Assembly (NCBI GenBank): GCA_964035545.1
Contig: OZ037766.1
Location: 15,366,722 to 15,430,721, forward strand
Source: Bugula neritina
Taxonomy: Eukaryota > Animalia > Bryozoa
Length of the DNA stretch: 64,000 nt
Direction of reading: 5' to 3'
How positions within the stretch are numbered: the first letter of the stretch is position 1; each line of letters begins with the position of its first letter. The position numbers and the translations under genes were made by a program. A model generated the notes under the pieces. It did no database searches. It saw nothing but the letters and a program-made list of their open reading frames with translations, and had not been told where the DNA came from. Positions 25,801 to 40,800 of the stretch are shown here, piece after piece.

Positions 25801-28800
25801 TTTAATTTTAAGATGAAGCAAAGTTTGTAAAGTTGCCTAGTCAGTCACTGCAGTATAGCAGTAATACACATTTAAAAAAATATTTTACATTTACTGTGAA
25901 CTTATGATCATTTCAAACAGGTATTTGTCTTTATCGATGTTTGAATTTACACTTAGTCATGAGATAACTGAATTTACTGTTATATTTGTTGTAACAACTG
26001 ACTCAATTAATGCTTTTTGATAGCAGTCTTGGGCTAAAACCTGCACTGTTTATCTGGCTATCATGCCTTCATTTTTCAGTCAAGTCTTTGTCATTTTTGT
26101 CTTTACATTTACAAATACATTGGTTTTTATATTTTGGTTTAGACCACTATGCAGTATGATAATGATGGAAAAAAAGTTTTGACTTTAGTCAAGTTTTTCT
26201 TGCTAGGATCTTTGTTTTTGTCCAAATAAGCTATTTGGATTTACTTTTAATGAAGTGGGTAAAGTGAAATCAGTTGATATTTTTTATTACCACACTAGAG
26301 GCACACTGGGGTCAATTTGGGTCATCATAAAACAAAGATTACTAAAGTTAATTGGTCCAACAATTTTATTAAATGCCGTTAGAAACTTACTGCAAGTGTT
26401 AACTTCAAATGTTGACAGCATAGAATAGATTATAGTTAGGGTATAAAGGTTTAAAATTAAGTAAGATATAAAGTTTGTAAATAAAAAAATGTTCTTTTTT
26501 TAGTGAAGAAAGTCATTGGTTTTAGAAGGTCATATTTAAACTGTAGAGTTATTACAGCTAGGGTTAAAATCTTGAGAATTTGATATATCAAGTTAAATGG
26601 AGTTGTTCACCTAAATTCCTAAATAAAACATACTTAGATTTTATGTAACAGCTCCCTTCCCTCTCAGATCTTAAACTTTTGATGAGTTGAATTTCAACAA
26701 GTTTTTATAACTTCAAAAAGATGCTTGCTTCTATATCATTGTTAAGAACTTAGGCGATAGCTGCAACATAAAAATAGATATCACAGAATGAATGGTGAAA
26801 CATCTCTTACAAAATTACGAAACATGGCGTTACATAATTAGGCAACAACTTTTTAAGAATCTTGGTCAACTACCTTTCATCTATCTATTTTCTATTGCAT
26901 AGAAATTTTCTGGGTTCCAATGGCTTATATATTATAATTATGATGGATATTGTCTCTATTAATTATTTTGCTTTTATTCAACACTCATCAATGTGAGCTA
27001 TTTCTCTAAAAAAGTAGACTGTTGTTGATAACGTTCTAAATTTATTGTGTTTTTGTTTTACTTCTGCTGCCTGTCAAAAGAAAAGATATTTTATTGTAGT
27101 TCTATAACATTTCCTGTACTTTGCTAGTATTATAAAAGCACCTACATGCGTATTATTGTAATTATTATAATAATTGTACTAATGTAATTATTGTAATCAT
27201 TACAATACTGGTATTAGAGCAGATTACTCACTTTTTTAAATTTTTTTTCCTGCAAATAAATTAATTGTTGATAGTAAGCAGTAGAAGTTGCCATAGTGAT
27301 GTTAAATTCCAGTCCATTCCGGTTGGAATGCTTCTATCTAATTACTCTAATGTATAAATTTATAAAACATTGCTTGTATATTTACTGTTTTTGATATAGG
27401 TGATGAGTTAATAGAAAATACATTTGACTATAGATATTTCTACTGATATTTAATGCTCCCTTAGACAAAGTCATGTTTTGCCATTTTGAAAACTGCTGAC
27501 TCTAATATGAATTTTTGTCAATGATATAATTAAGTCATGGTAATATCATTAAACCAAAGTAGAACTTCAGCCTATTAATGTTATGCTTCAACTATATTGT
27601 TCCATTACAGATAAAGAGAACCAAAATTGTGTTATTTACGATGGAGTGATTCAACTGAAACCTGAGTCAACTGGGAATGTTGTTAGCCAGTTTTTCAAGT
27701 CACTTAAAAAAGTATTCAGTGGGCCTTCACACAAGTCTAATGAAAGCGCATTAGCATATGGATACAGAGCTATGATGCCTGCTTGGATTGATAGTGTAAC
27801 TGGAGGAGTTACTGTAAAAGAATTGAGTGTTCAAATTCGTGCTGTCTCAAGCAGGCAATATGGTCTTTTCACTGGTTTCATGGATCTTTACAATGATCAT
27901 GACCATACCAAAAAGGAATGGGCTCGAAGCTCCATTGACCATGTTAGTCCCCAAATACATTACTCAAATACTGTCGAGTAAGGGTGCTTTTGAATTCCCT
28001 GCAATTAGCGTTGTGTTTTATGTGTATAGAAATATTTATTGTCGCAGACTGAAAGAAAATAGCAATGTGAAAAGAAGTATATATCGTAAGTTATAAGTGT
28101 GAGACGGAAGTGTGGATAAGTGAAAAATGCTGGGTTTTTATACTAGTCAAAAAGGTTAGCTTTTGTGTAGTAGCTATAATTAACCTGAAAAAAGGATAAT
28201 GTAGCTGGCATAGCTGAGATGATGTGTAAAAAGCTATCATGCTTTAGGGAAAAGCTTTCCCAGCTTATGTAAAGTCCCAACAATTAGGCTACTCAACAGT
28301 AAGAAACTGAGCTAATTCATCAATGAGCCCCAGTAGGCTAAAAGTAGGATATCCGCACCCTAATTTTGGCAACTCTCTACCTTTAGCAATTCTCCACTAC
28401 TAAATTATTCCACGAGTTCAAAAGTCTATTATTGTTAGATTATGAGAAATTGGTATTAGTTGATCATTTTGTGCTATATTTATATAGAGATTAAATTTAG
28501 GCTATTTGAACTTAAATACTTTTATATTTTATTTATTCATTCAGCGTAATAGATGCTTCTCCGGTTTCAAAGCACATAAGTTTTGACAAAAACTGGTGGT
28601 CAAACCTGTTGAATTAAAGCCAGATTAAAGCAGCCGATTAAAGTTGTCAATTTATAGCCAGTTTTTTAGATAAACTTTTGCTAACTTCAAACTTTTTACA
28701 TAAACGCAATGCCTAATGATTTACAAAAGAAACCTGTAATACTTGCTAGAATTAATTTAAAGCTACCGTCAATCTAAGAAATATCAGTAGTAATTGTAGT

Positions 28801-31800
28801 AGTAAATGTTTATTTTTTGACTGTAATAAAACATTTTGCAGAAAAATGAGATTTACATGTAAATCTATTTTAGGCTAAAACTTCTCCCTTGGTTTGCTCA
28901 AAAACATAGGTTATTGAAAGCTTTTTAAAGATGAATTATTAAATTAACTTTTAGTTCAAATTCGGATTTGGCCTGTGTTCTACAAAATTTATGATACACT
29001 ATTTGCATCACTTAACCTGTTTTAGCTTGTTTATCTTTGTAGCTAACTGCTGGCTATTTACTGCAATTTCTGAAAAAGCAAAAAGTGTTGCTTGCCTCAT
29101 CAGATTTTGTGACTGGTTCAACCTATGCCTCACTTGTTGGAATTTTGTCAACCAGCACTTTCCAATACACAGATTTTTCACCATTCAAGAGAGATACAAA
29201 TGATTATGTAGAAGTTATCAAGCTAACTATGGCCAAATTTCCTGGAACGAATGCAATCGGAGAATTCCGAAAGGCTATATCTTCTACTGATGAAAACTTT
29301 TTCAGGTGCTTCAGTATTTTTTAAATGCACTCCTACTTAATGTCAAACTGCATACATTTCATTTGCTTAGGATGATGCGATTTAAAAAGTCTGCATTTTT
29401 TTCAAAGTTAGATTAAACTACTAAACCATACAGTTAATGTGTAATTTGTGAAATCTATTATTTTGCCAAAGTATATATATTTTCTGCTGTTAGGGTACAC
29501 AAAAGTGCCCTAAATATAGTCCAAGGGTAGTAGCAGAATTATGATGATTATACAACTGGTGTGCTTTTTCTGATTTGATGAGGGCCAAGAGGTGTGACCA
29601 TCCTGTTTTTAATGTTGTTTTCTTCCCCAGCTTTGAACTTTGCTCAACTTTTGTATTTTCTTATTACACTATTGTAAAATGATTTGTTCTACAAGCAGCT
29701 CCAAGTTGAAGGCAACTGAGTGCAGTAGATTGGGGGGGGTCTCTCTAGTTTTTTTCTTATCTCCCCAAACCACTTGTAAAGTGAAGTGGTTTGGGAAATA
29801 AAAACTAAGGAACCAGCAAACTGCTGCACTCAGTCACCCCCAACTTGGAGCTGCTTACAGAACTAATCATTGTACTACATTTAACTCTGCAATAAAACAC
29901 ACATGTGAGCGAATATATAGTTTTATACAATGTTGATTGCATTAATTAAAGTATTAAATGTTTTTGAATGACTGAAGCAGGTAGCAGATTTAATTTAAGT
30001 TTAATTTAAATAATTCTTCCACCAATAAGTTAATTAACCTATTAACTTATTGCGTCACTTTGTTCAAATGAAAAACTGTTAACATGTTTGCATTATTCTG
30101 TGTGCCCTTTAGGACATTGGCAAATCGTTTGCTGAAGATTATGGAACATCTTCAATCGCTTGTGGTGCATGAAACTACCTGGATACGTCTGATCCCTCTT
30201 TTACACATGCTGTCTGGAGAAGACAATATTCACCATCAGACAGACAACTATAACTCTGATAGTTGGTGGGGTGTCACTGAACTCCGAAATCTGGTAGATA
30301 GAAACAAAGGCTTTTATTCAACCAGGCATGTATGCATATAAACATTCATATGTGCCAATTATTGAAGTCTATGTACAAAAAGAAGCAAAATGGGGAGGTC
30401 AAAGCAGTTTTATCAAGATTAGTAGAGTTTTTTCCTGCATGTTGCCTTTGTGCTTGTAGCCAATATGGCAGTGAACACATTTCAGACCACTGTAAAAAAT
30501 TTATTGCTCAGTATCTGAGCATAGCAAAGGAAGCAGCCGTGGTCTAGGGGTTATAGCGTTTGCTTCATAAGCAAGAAGTCATGGGTTTAAGCCCCAGCAA
30601 AGGCCATCAGTGATGTTAGGAAGAGCATCCAGTCATAATTGCCCCATCTGAATAAGTCCTTGGCCTGATTTAACATAAAAGCCCTTTCTATCAGGGGTCT
30701 TCCCATGGGGTTGGAAACTATAAACTTGCGTGAGTCTTTTTTATCTGAGCATAGCACCGTCAAGGTTCTGCTTCTTACTCTTGACTCTGTTAATCTGTAC
30801 AGTTTGCTTTGATTCAGATAGCTGCTTTATTTTATGTGTTGAAGATGTCAGCAGTTTAAAATGAATCAGCAGATGAAGTTAACTATTACAGAATTTACAG
30901 CTTTTTTATAGTTAAATATGTATATTGGAAAAAACTGTTACTCAATAATGAAGGTAGTCATAAAAATTAATATGATTCAAGTACTTGAAATTAGTTACAT
31001 AAGAGCAAGACTAATATTGCATTTCTTTTGACAATTCTACAGGTGATAATTTGTTTTCTCACTTAGCAGCATGAGTTGCCTGTTTTTTGAACTTGTAAGC
31101 CGGTCTTGTGATTATTGTGTGTTGCAGCATAAATGTTAACAACAATCGGTATTATTTCTATTATTCTGCTCATATTGAGCTCTACAGCAATGTCACAAGC
31201 AGCTGAGCTAAAATACTTTCTGGTACATATTTTTGAAGTAATTGGTAGGATATCTTTCAGTGGGAAATGGAAAACTTGGTACACCTGGTTAAGGCCATTC
31301 TTCCCTTCTATAAAGATGCTGCCATATACCTTCCTTGCTCTCCTGACAGCAGATCAACTGTTGAACCTTCTAGAAAAAGCTGATGATGATGCAATAAGAT
31401 GCCTCCCTCTGGATGGCGTTCTGGCTTGTGCTCTCTATCACCTAAAAGCTTCAAAGGTTCATCAGTTTTACCAAAGCACTGTTGCATTGATTTTTGCCAT
31501 ACAAATTTCAATCAATCTTAGTTTAAAATAACTTTAAGTTTATTGCCAATTGGTGTGTGTTATAAAGCTTCATTGTGATCCTATTAATTTCAGGTTATTG
31601 TTTTGTAGAATAAAGGAGAGATTGTTGATAAACTATTTGGTTTTGTCCACTCAACTAAGCGAGTATTAAAAGGGTAAGCTAAAAAATGACAGTTTGTGTA
31701 GTTTTTCTCTATATGTAGCTTATTTACTACTGATTTCAGATTTTGCTGAAGTTTTTTTAATGTTATGAATAAATTATTTAATAAAATTAGGTTATATTAG

Positions 31801-34800
31801 TAAAAATTCTCTTATAAAGGCATGCTCATGAAATAAAATGTATATAAAGTAAAACGTTTTAATGGCTAATGCAGGTCATTTAGGGCTGCTTATCATAACA
31901 GTCCTGGAGTACTCAATATTAGAGCTAATCACAAGCAACACTCAGTATTTTACACAGACTGGGGCAACTAGCATTGACTTTGGTGAATGCAATCAAATCT
32001 TCAAAAACGTAAACTTTTCCAGTTAATGGCAAATGATAGACCAGTGAAGTAGGATCAGACTGCTTAATTAACAATTTTAAGAACAGTGAATAATTGTTGC
32101 TGTTTTGTAGCATTTTCTGTGACAATGTGTTTGGCAGCATGCGTCATTAGTTGATTAAGTCCAACTGTAAAGTAAAAGTTAAAAATAACTTTAATTGCTT
32201 AGCTCATACCAACCTACTCATTTTGTTACAGATGGCGCCATGTTTTATTAAAAATTTCTATAACATGTTTTTTATGATATTTGCCTCACACACCTGCAAA
32301 CACACGCACCAGCACATCAACACTTGAATGTTTTCTAAATATCATTAACTTACTTTTAACTGTTTTCTAAACCACATATTAAGCTAAGGTTAGTAAGTCA
32401 ATGCTATTTTTGTTTGTAGGCTGTTGTCTGGTGGTGTATCTATGAGAACAATGTCAGAAATTTTATGCCAAGTTCAGCCTTCCTTCTCTCAATTTAAGGA
32501 AAATCCTTTAAGCCTTGGCTTATTTAGTGCTATAGGCACTCAACTTCTCCTGCTGAACTACCAGGATTTTGATGAAACAGAACCTCTGCTAGTTCCTTTG
32601 GAGAACTTTTGCCTCAAACTTACTTCAGTTCTCAGCAATACATTTTACAGTAGCTATAAGCCTACATACAACACTGAGAAACTGGGAAAATGTGAACTGA
32701 AGGTATGATAAACCCTTTTCACAAGTCCCTTTAGGCCTTAGGGGCATTTATAATTTGAAGTTGTCGCCTCCATTGTAGCACAAACTCTTCAAAGTATAGT
32801 TACTTGAACATACTAATATAGATGAGCCTGTTAGCATATTAATTACTGTTCTAAAATGTATATGCTTCTTTTTACTGTTCTCTAAATATTTTCATTAACT
32901 TGCAGGCATGCCCTGTAAACAAATGCTTTTAAAGCATATACCTACTGTGTTTGACATTTTTAGATCAGATGTTGTTTGATATTACATATTTAATCTATCT
33001 ATTTTAATACAAATTTTTATATTTGTGATAATATTTTTGGTAAAAATATATGAATTTAGATGGTCGGGCAGCCTAGTTAGTTTCATAGTATAGGTGTGTA
33101 AGTATGTGAAGATGTTAATACAGATGAGCCAGTGCCTTCATAAATTGCAGGCATGTGTTCCAACCCATAATTTGGATCATTTAGATTTTAGTTAGGCAAA
33201 GCTGGCTATTGTAGCTATATAATAACCAACTCTGTATTGTATGCCATATTATTATTATCCAAAGAGTTGGAAGGTCAACAAATTTAAATAGAGTGGCGAC
33301 AGCCAGCAAAACAAATAATTAGTGGAATTTATATGACAGCTGCCAGCTTCATTCAGCATTGCTCAAAACCAAAACCCCATAAATTCTTTGAAGTTTTTTT
33401 TTCAAATTCATCAAAACAGCTTTTTTTAAATTTTTTTGAAACTGCTAATAAATGCTTATGCCAAAATATTTATCTCAAAAAAAAGAAACTCTTGCTAGCA
33501 ATAGTCTTCACACAAACCTTAAATTTCTACTGATTTTATGTGCTTTCTTTCCACCATGGAGGTTCCCCCATAGACCTGGTGGGAGAAGATAATTTCAAAT
33601 TATAAATACCCCTAAGGGACTTGTGAAAAGGGTCTATTATGTAGACTATTATACTAGACAGTAACATTTGATTATTTAACTCAATTATTTACGTCATGAT
33701 GAATTTACTTGCAATACGGTTTAGAATTTTTCATTTGGTCAAATTTATGTGTTTTTTCTTTTAAATTATTGCAGATCTTTTTATGTAAGATTTTCCGGTG
33801 GAGTGGAATGGAACCTGTCATTATTTTGGAGTTTGTTACTCATTTTGGAGTATTTAGGAACTATTTTTTTGTTCAATAAGTTAAAAGAAAGACAGTTTTT
33901 TAGCTTCTGTTTTGCTAGAGTTGTTAATTCAAATTTTACCACACATTTGCTATCATAGTTGCATCCTTTATCACAACAGTTTTTCTGCCAAATTACATTT
34001 ATTATTTTTACTATATCGATAGTTTTCTGCTTCATCCATGCGAATTCGATTACCACAAACATCACAAGTATGAGTATGAGCAGTACTATTGTTACCTAGA
34101 AGTTTGAAAAGTTGTGTAATATTTAAACTGCTCATTTAATTGCAACAGTTTTCTCTAAAAGTATTTTATTAATATTGGTTATACTGGTTGCAGATCTGGA
34201 CTGCTCTTTTTGAATGTTCATCTCACTGTGAGGTAGATAAACTAGAGAAATGGTGGATGACGATGTGTCAAGAAAGTTTCAAAAGAAGACTCCATGAGGT
34301 ATAAAATTGTTCACAATCATCATAGTGGCTACTTCCACCTAGTAATGGTTATAAGTCACCTACTTGGTTGTCACTGCTATGTCTTTTGTAGGCCTCTACT
34401 TCTAGCAATGAGGTTCTTCTGGTGAATCTGTACTGTGAGAATGATTTCAGTATAACTGCAATGGAAGAAGTGACAGCTGAGTTAGCTCTTTCTGTGGCAG
34501 AGCATGTTTTGAAGGTGAATATTAAAAATCTGTTTAACTTATTACAGTAGATGTAGTTTTACGAGTTATTTATGGTCTTAACTATTTAAAGGTTAATTAT
34601 CTTTGAATTATATTTGTTGAGATTTTGCATGAAGGGCATTAAAAATTGTTTGTTCCTTTTTGCTATCTTTATATCAACTTTTTATTATTTTTTTGGTGTC
34701 TACGTACACCCTCACAGATACACCCACTCACACATAACACACTGACGCACAGTTTTTGCTTATTTTCTAAATTTCTATAATGTATAATTAATGGTCACTT

Positions 34801-37800
34801 AAAACCAGAATGAGTCGTTTGAATTTTCATATCCAATATGTTTGCATACTTGTAATAAGTTTATGGGGCTCGTATTTCAACAAACTTTTATATGCAATAG
34901 CAATAGATGTATAATCATTTCCATAGATCTCAATGCGCAATTTTTTTTATAAATCATCAAATTGGATATTTTTATGAAAGTTCTATAAAATGGCACTGGG
35001 TATCGTTTTAATTTTTATGTCAATCCTTTGTTTAAAAATTGTTTGTATGCCAATGCATTACTATTGTCTGTAAAAGTTGAATAAATTGATAAAGATATCA
35101 CTCAATCTACCAATAACTTTTGTTGAAGTGTCCTGAAGCATACACAGCCTCTGCAGTGCCAGAAAAAATTGGTAAGCTAGTCAACAGAGCCTTGACTAGT
35201 TCTTGGGATGAAAAAGACGAGACTAGTATGGGAATAGTGAGAAATGTAGTCAACTGGGGGAGCTTTCTTTCCGTTTGGAAATTTTTTCGTATGTTTGCCA
35301 GTGCTATTTGAACCTAATAAAATGTCATTTAAATTGATGTCGTCTATAATGATGCATAGTGTTTTTAATGAGGAAATTTTAATGCTAGAAAACGAAACAC
35401 ATTTTTGTTGAAATTCAAATTTTGTATAAAGTTGCCTTTATACCTTCACGATTTTCGGTCAGAATTTTAATTTCTCCGAGTTGCATTGCATTGTAAAAGC
35501 CACTCGTAAAAATTTTTGTACTGTGATAACTTAATCGGCCAATTTTTTGAATAGGAGTAATAACTCCTTGTAAATATCGTTATTTAGTTATTACTTTGGC
35601 GATTAGACATCGTACTTATACGGTTATAATTATATAGCCTACGCCTTCTCAATTATCGCTTTTATGCTGTTCGCTTCACTAATTAACGACGTTTACAAAG
35701 GGCATCAAATAGCTATTATGCGAGTCAAATTTCAATTTCAGAAAGTGAGCAACCGCATCAATATGATTTCAACGAGTTTCAGTTTGACTATAAAGGGGTA
35801 CCCGGACAAGCATTATTAACTTAAACTCGGTAATTTTTTCAGCAGAGGTATAAACGCAACTTTAGCCTATTTTTCTACTCTACTATGAACACTAGTCTGT
35901 GCTGTATTGCATTAAATCTGCGTTTACTGTCTTATAAATTACCTAAATTCTACTGCAGATACCATTTCTGAGAGGCAGAAATCCACAATTAGTGACTTGA
36001 ACACAGAAAGGTTAATTCAATCGGCTTCAGCTGTAGAATATGTTCTCAACCAATTGTTGGACAGATCCATAACCACCAAAGATTTTGAGTTTCTCTACGG
36101 TGAACAAGACAAACTCCTAAGTTTATGTGATGTCACTAGATTCAACACACCTCAAGGGAGAGAATCTGTAAAATCAGCCTTTGCAGAACGTCGCAGAGAA
36201 CTTCAACTGTTCACGAAGTTTAGCAGGGAGCTACAAAGCTTCTGGGGACCATGTGAAGCATATGTAACAGGTGGATAATTTCTAGAACAATTGACTTGCC
36301 AGATTTGCTTTAGCATGTTATTTCGTGAGGCTCTGCAACAGTTTTAATCAATAGGGTATTTATTTATGTACATGTGTGTATGTGTGCGTGTGTATCTTAA
36401 TTTGTGGACAGCAGCTTTTTTTGGGATTTATCCCCTCATCATCCCAAAACAGAGTACCATGGCCCACACCTTCGAAATAGTAGAAACTTAGATTTCTACT
36501 AAAACATATTTAAAATGTGTGTAAACTCAAGCCATAGTGCTCAAGTGACTCTAGGGGGTCACCTAGGAGTCACGAGCCTTGCAAAGTGCTAGTATCTTGA
36601 GTTTGTGACCATGGTGAGAGTATTCAATCACTGGCTGTCATTGCTGGTCATAATGTTTATAGAGAGAGATTCTGTCAATGCATGGCTTAATCAAGATAAT
36701 AGTGCGAGGAAGATTAGCCAACTGGTGGCATTGAATCCTGACTCAGTGGTATGTGACTGCATATCTGACAGAGTACGGCATTTACTGAAGGATTTCAATA
36801 CACGAAAGGAAATACACCTGTTCTTTGAGATCTACAAGAATAAACTTCAGAAGCCACCATTGAAAAATCTGGAGAAAGTTGTTGATATTTATCACGAGTC
36901 TGTGAAAGAGTACGAGAGATATGTGCAACAACTAGCCACTGGTAGGCGCTTATAATTTAAACATCGTTTACATATGTAGGTATTTATTATACTAAACCTA
37001 AAGCCAAGAGTTGTAATTCATTGCAAAACAGTCCAAAGTGTTGACTTGAGATATTAAAGTGTTATTGAAAACAAGTTTGTCACTTGCGGTGATATTTAAG
37101 CTTGCATACATGTTGTGAATACCAAAACTGAGTGCTGAGTTTGTTACCAGTTACTTTTTGATTAACATCCAATGATTAATGAGTTTGATTTTATACAAAT
37201 TTTTGAAAGACCAAAGATATTTTTAAAAAAATTGCTACTTTATAGTCAATTTTTAGACATTCAAAAAAAGAATTATTGAAAGTTCAATTCAAACAACTGT
37301 TAAAAATTCACTAAACCCTTTCATTTTCATACAGCATATGCTTTGCTGAATAAAAATCATCTTTGAAAGTATTGTTGTGTCCTACATTTGCATGTGTCTT
37401 AATTCATGCTTCTTTACTGGTCATTAGGTTCATGCAGCATCAGAATGTTGGAAAAGTTGAAGAAGGAGTTTTTTGAAGGCAGTCTAGACAAACTGAAGGA
37501 AGAGCTTGGTAACATGCTCGATGCCAACAGCTTGGCTCAACGAAGGAAACAGATTGAGCTGTGTGCTAATCTTGACCAGTATCACCATGGTGCTAACGTT
37601 ATGCTTAAACTGCGAGATATGTACAAACTCAAGGGTGACTTCACTGATATGGAGAAAGTTGTTCAATCTGTAAGCCTAACTTTATCAATGTTTATCTCAG
37701 TTTTTAACTGTATGTATTGTGGTTTTACATATTCATATTTGTATAAAATATTGTTATTGTAAATGAAATTTGATGTTCATAAAAGTATAGGTATTGAACC

Positions 37801-40800
37801 TCTCACCATTTTAGAAAAACAAAGAACTTCAACTGAAGGAAATCGGCGAGAATATGCTAAAGAGTGCTAAGAGAATCAAGAATATCCCTGCATCACATAT
37901 TGATTGTCTAAAGGCCTTTCAACAATGTGGAGATTTTATTGCATGGGTTCGTGCTGAAGTCAAAGGTAAAAGTTTAAATTGATTTGAGATTATAACTTCA
38001 GGTACATGGTTTTGTAACGTTTATTCAATCAAACCGCTGATGTAGTAAACATAGTTTCAGCTATCGCGCAAACTAAATGAGTACGTCATCTCTCAATTAC
38101 AGAAAAAGACGTGAACAATTTTGTGGACCTTGCGAGCAGCACGCTGGGAGAGAGTGATGAGGCTGCTTATAAGATACGCTCTCTACTCAGTGCCTTGGAT
38201 GGCTACCGCCCACTTATATACCATCTCAATGAAAATCTGGACTATAGAAAGTTCATGGATTTGTGTGAGAAAGTGTGGAACACTTTGAAGGAAAATAAAC
38301 ATCTTGTTCGAAACTTGGTATGCCAACTAAATAATATATTATAGTGTAGAATTGTTGAGATAGTAATATTTTTGGTGTCGCTTTGTTCTTCATTATTTCT
38401 CTTTTATTTTATAAGACTAGCTGGTATTACTTGGACGAGTTTGTTTATTTCTATCATAAGCTATTAATGACTCACAAATGATTTTATTTCAAATTCCAAC
38501 CAGGACATAATACTTATAGTTAGTATTATGTTACACAATTATTATATTCAAATTGAAGTTGTAATTTCAAATCCTGTTTCATGCCAATGTTTTAGAGAGA
38601 TTCAGCCCAAGAGTTGGAATATTGGAAGAAGGTCAAGGACCATTTTATCAAAGTTGAGATACACTCTATTGACCAGGCCTCGTCTATTAACAGCACCGGG
38701 GTGTTTAGAGTTGGCTGCTTTCTCGATTCAAAGGACCAAAACTTCAAGGTTTGACACTGCCTAGTAAACTTGCTATGTGGCCATATTTGGTAAAAGCTAA
38801 GCGGTTTTAATCTAAGATATGTTTTACTGCTCTAGACTGTGGCTGATATCATACAACTGAACTTTGAAGTTGATGAAGTAGCTGGCAGAAATAGTGATGG
38901 TGAGCCTATTATGAAGAAGTCAAACAAGTGTTACAACTACGCGGATCTCAAAGATCTTCAAAGTAAACTGGCGCTAGTAGCTGGTGATAAAAGAAAAGAG
39001 AAAAATGAAACGATTCTCCGCTTCAATGCTGTAAGTGGGTTGAGAATTACATTTAAACTTGATCTTCTGAAGACCTACCTGTTTATTGACACAGAATATT
39101 GTTTTTTCATTTGATAGCCGAAACCCACCTGCAGTATATTAATTAAAATGTTAATGAATGCATTTAAAAAGTGTTACCATCACTGTCAACCTCAAACAGG
39201 TTTGTATAGACACATGGGCTCATAGAAGCTAAAATCAAAACAATGCAGCTAATTTACACAAGTCATTTATAGAAGGCAATAAGAATAAAATTACCAATAT
39301 GTGACTATTTTTCAAAAAGCACTTCCAAAGGATCAAAATTACGCTTTAACAAAAATCATAGAAAGTTTTACTTAGTGACACATATCCTACAATCTATTCT
39401 GTTCTCACCTATCTCCGCTTTGTCTTGTTTAGGTAGCGGGACACATATCCTCCAATCACCAACTAGTTATTGATGATGTGTATGCTATTCTGAAAATTAA
39501 AAGACGGTTTTTTGTTCAAGTTTAAAATGGTAAACAAGTGGGATAATGCAAATTTGTTTGTATTTCCACCATGACAGCTAATCTGTTGCAGCTGAATTTC
39601 TTTTGTTTTCAACTTGGTCAAAACTTATTTTAGTTTAAAATGGTGTTGTTCTTCTATTTTGTCAGTTGAAAGATGCCGCTGATAACATAGCCCAAGCTTA
39701 TCTCGACATTCGGAGAGAGGGCTGCATCCAGTTTGATGATCTTGTCGTTTTTATCCACTGTAAACCAGAGGCTAAGTTTGGATTAGAGTTGAATTTCAAG
39801 TCTATTCGCACCGTACTACATGCTCTCAATGATAGAAATGCTAAAGTTCTTGACCACTGCCGTCATTTGTATACATATTTGAATACTTGTGTAGAGGATT
39901 GGCAAAGGAGTATGGCAGACAAGCGCAGGTGAGCTCTTATTTCATATGCTCCTGTGATTATTATATCATGCTATATTAAATTGTTATTGGAAGTATATTG
40001 CTAGTATAATACAACTTTATAATTTTGCTTTGTTGTGTGTCTGAATTTTCCAAAAACATATGATTTGTAAATTTGCTTGCAAAGTGTTTGTTAGCTTTAT
40101 TTATTGCTTGAAAATTGTTTGAATTATATTGTAATAAAATCATATCTTTCCTATCACCTGATTCACCACTCCTCAAGATTATATAATTCTAACTAAGAAA
40201 GTGTCCTGTAATGCTTAGAGCCCATTGTGGGCAAACATTTTTAAGCTTGAGAGTTTTTACAATAAACCAATGCTCCGTGTGTATTTTATGTGCTATCTAA
40301 CTACTGGTGTCAGCTATTTAGAAATGGTGATTATACTTTTCAGCTTTTTATCATTATTTCAGAGATTTTCCTGTTCTGAACTTCTACACAACGGAACAAC
40401 TAGTCGTGTTGAGGAAAGAACTGGGAAGGTTCTCTGAGTCAGGAAGAGCTGAATCTCTCAAACAGGTCAGTTGATGAAGAGAATAATAGAAATGACTGAC
40501 TAGACTTTGTGTAATGACTGTGTATAACATGATTTCTTTGTCTGACAGTCTCTGCCGCTATTAGCGATGATTAGCCCTGTGGATCCTGAACTGCTGCATC
40601 AGCACATCAACAACTTCAACAGTCTAACAAGTTCTGATGAGGAAGCCATGGAGGAAGATGGAGGGAAACGGTTTATATCATTTGAAGAAATGGATGATGA
40701 GTGGAAGGATATGGTGACTGAGCTAGAAGATGGAGATGAGGATTTCACTCATGAGTTGGCTGTACAGGCTGTTAATGAGCTGGGCATTGTGGAAATGTGT

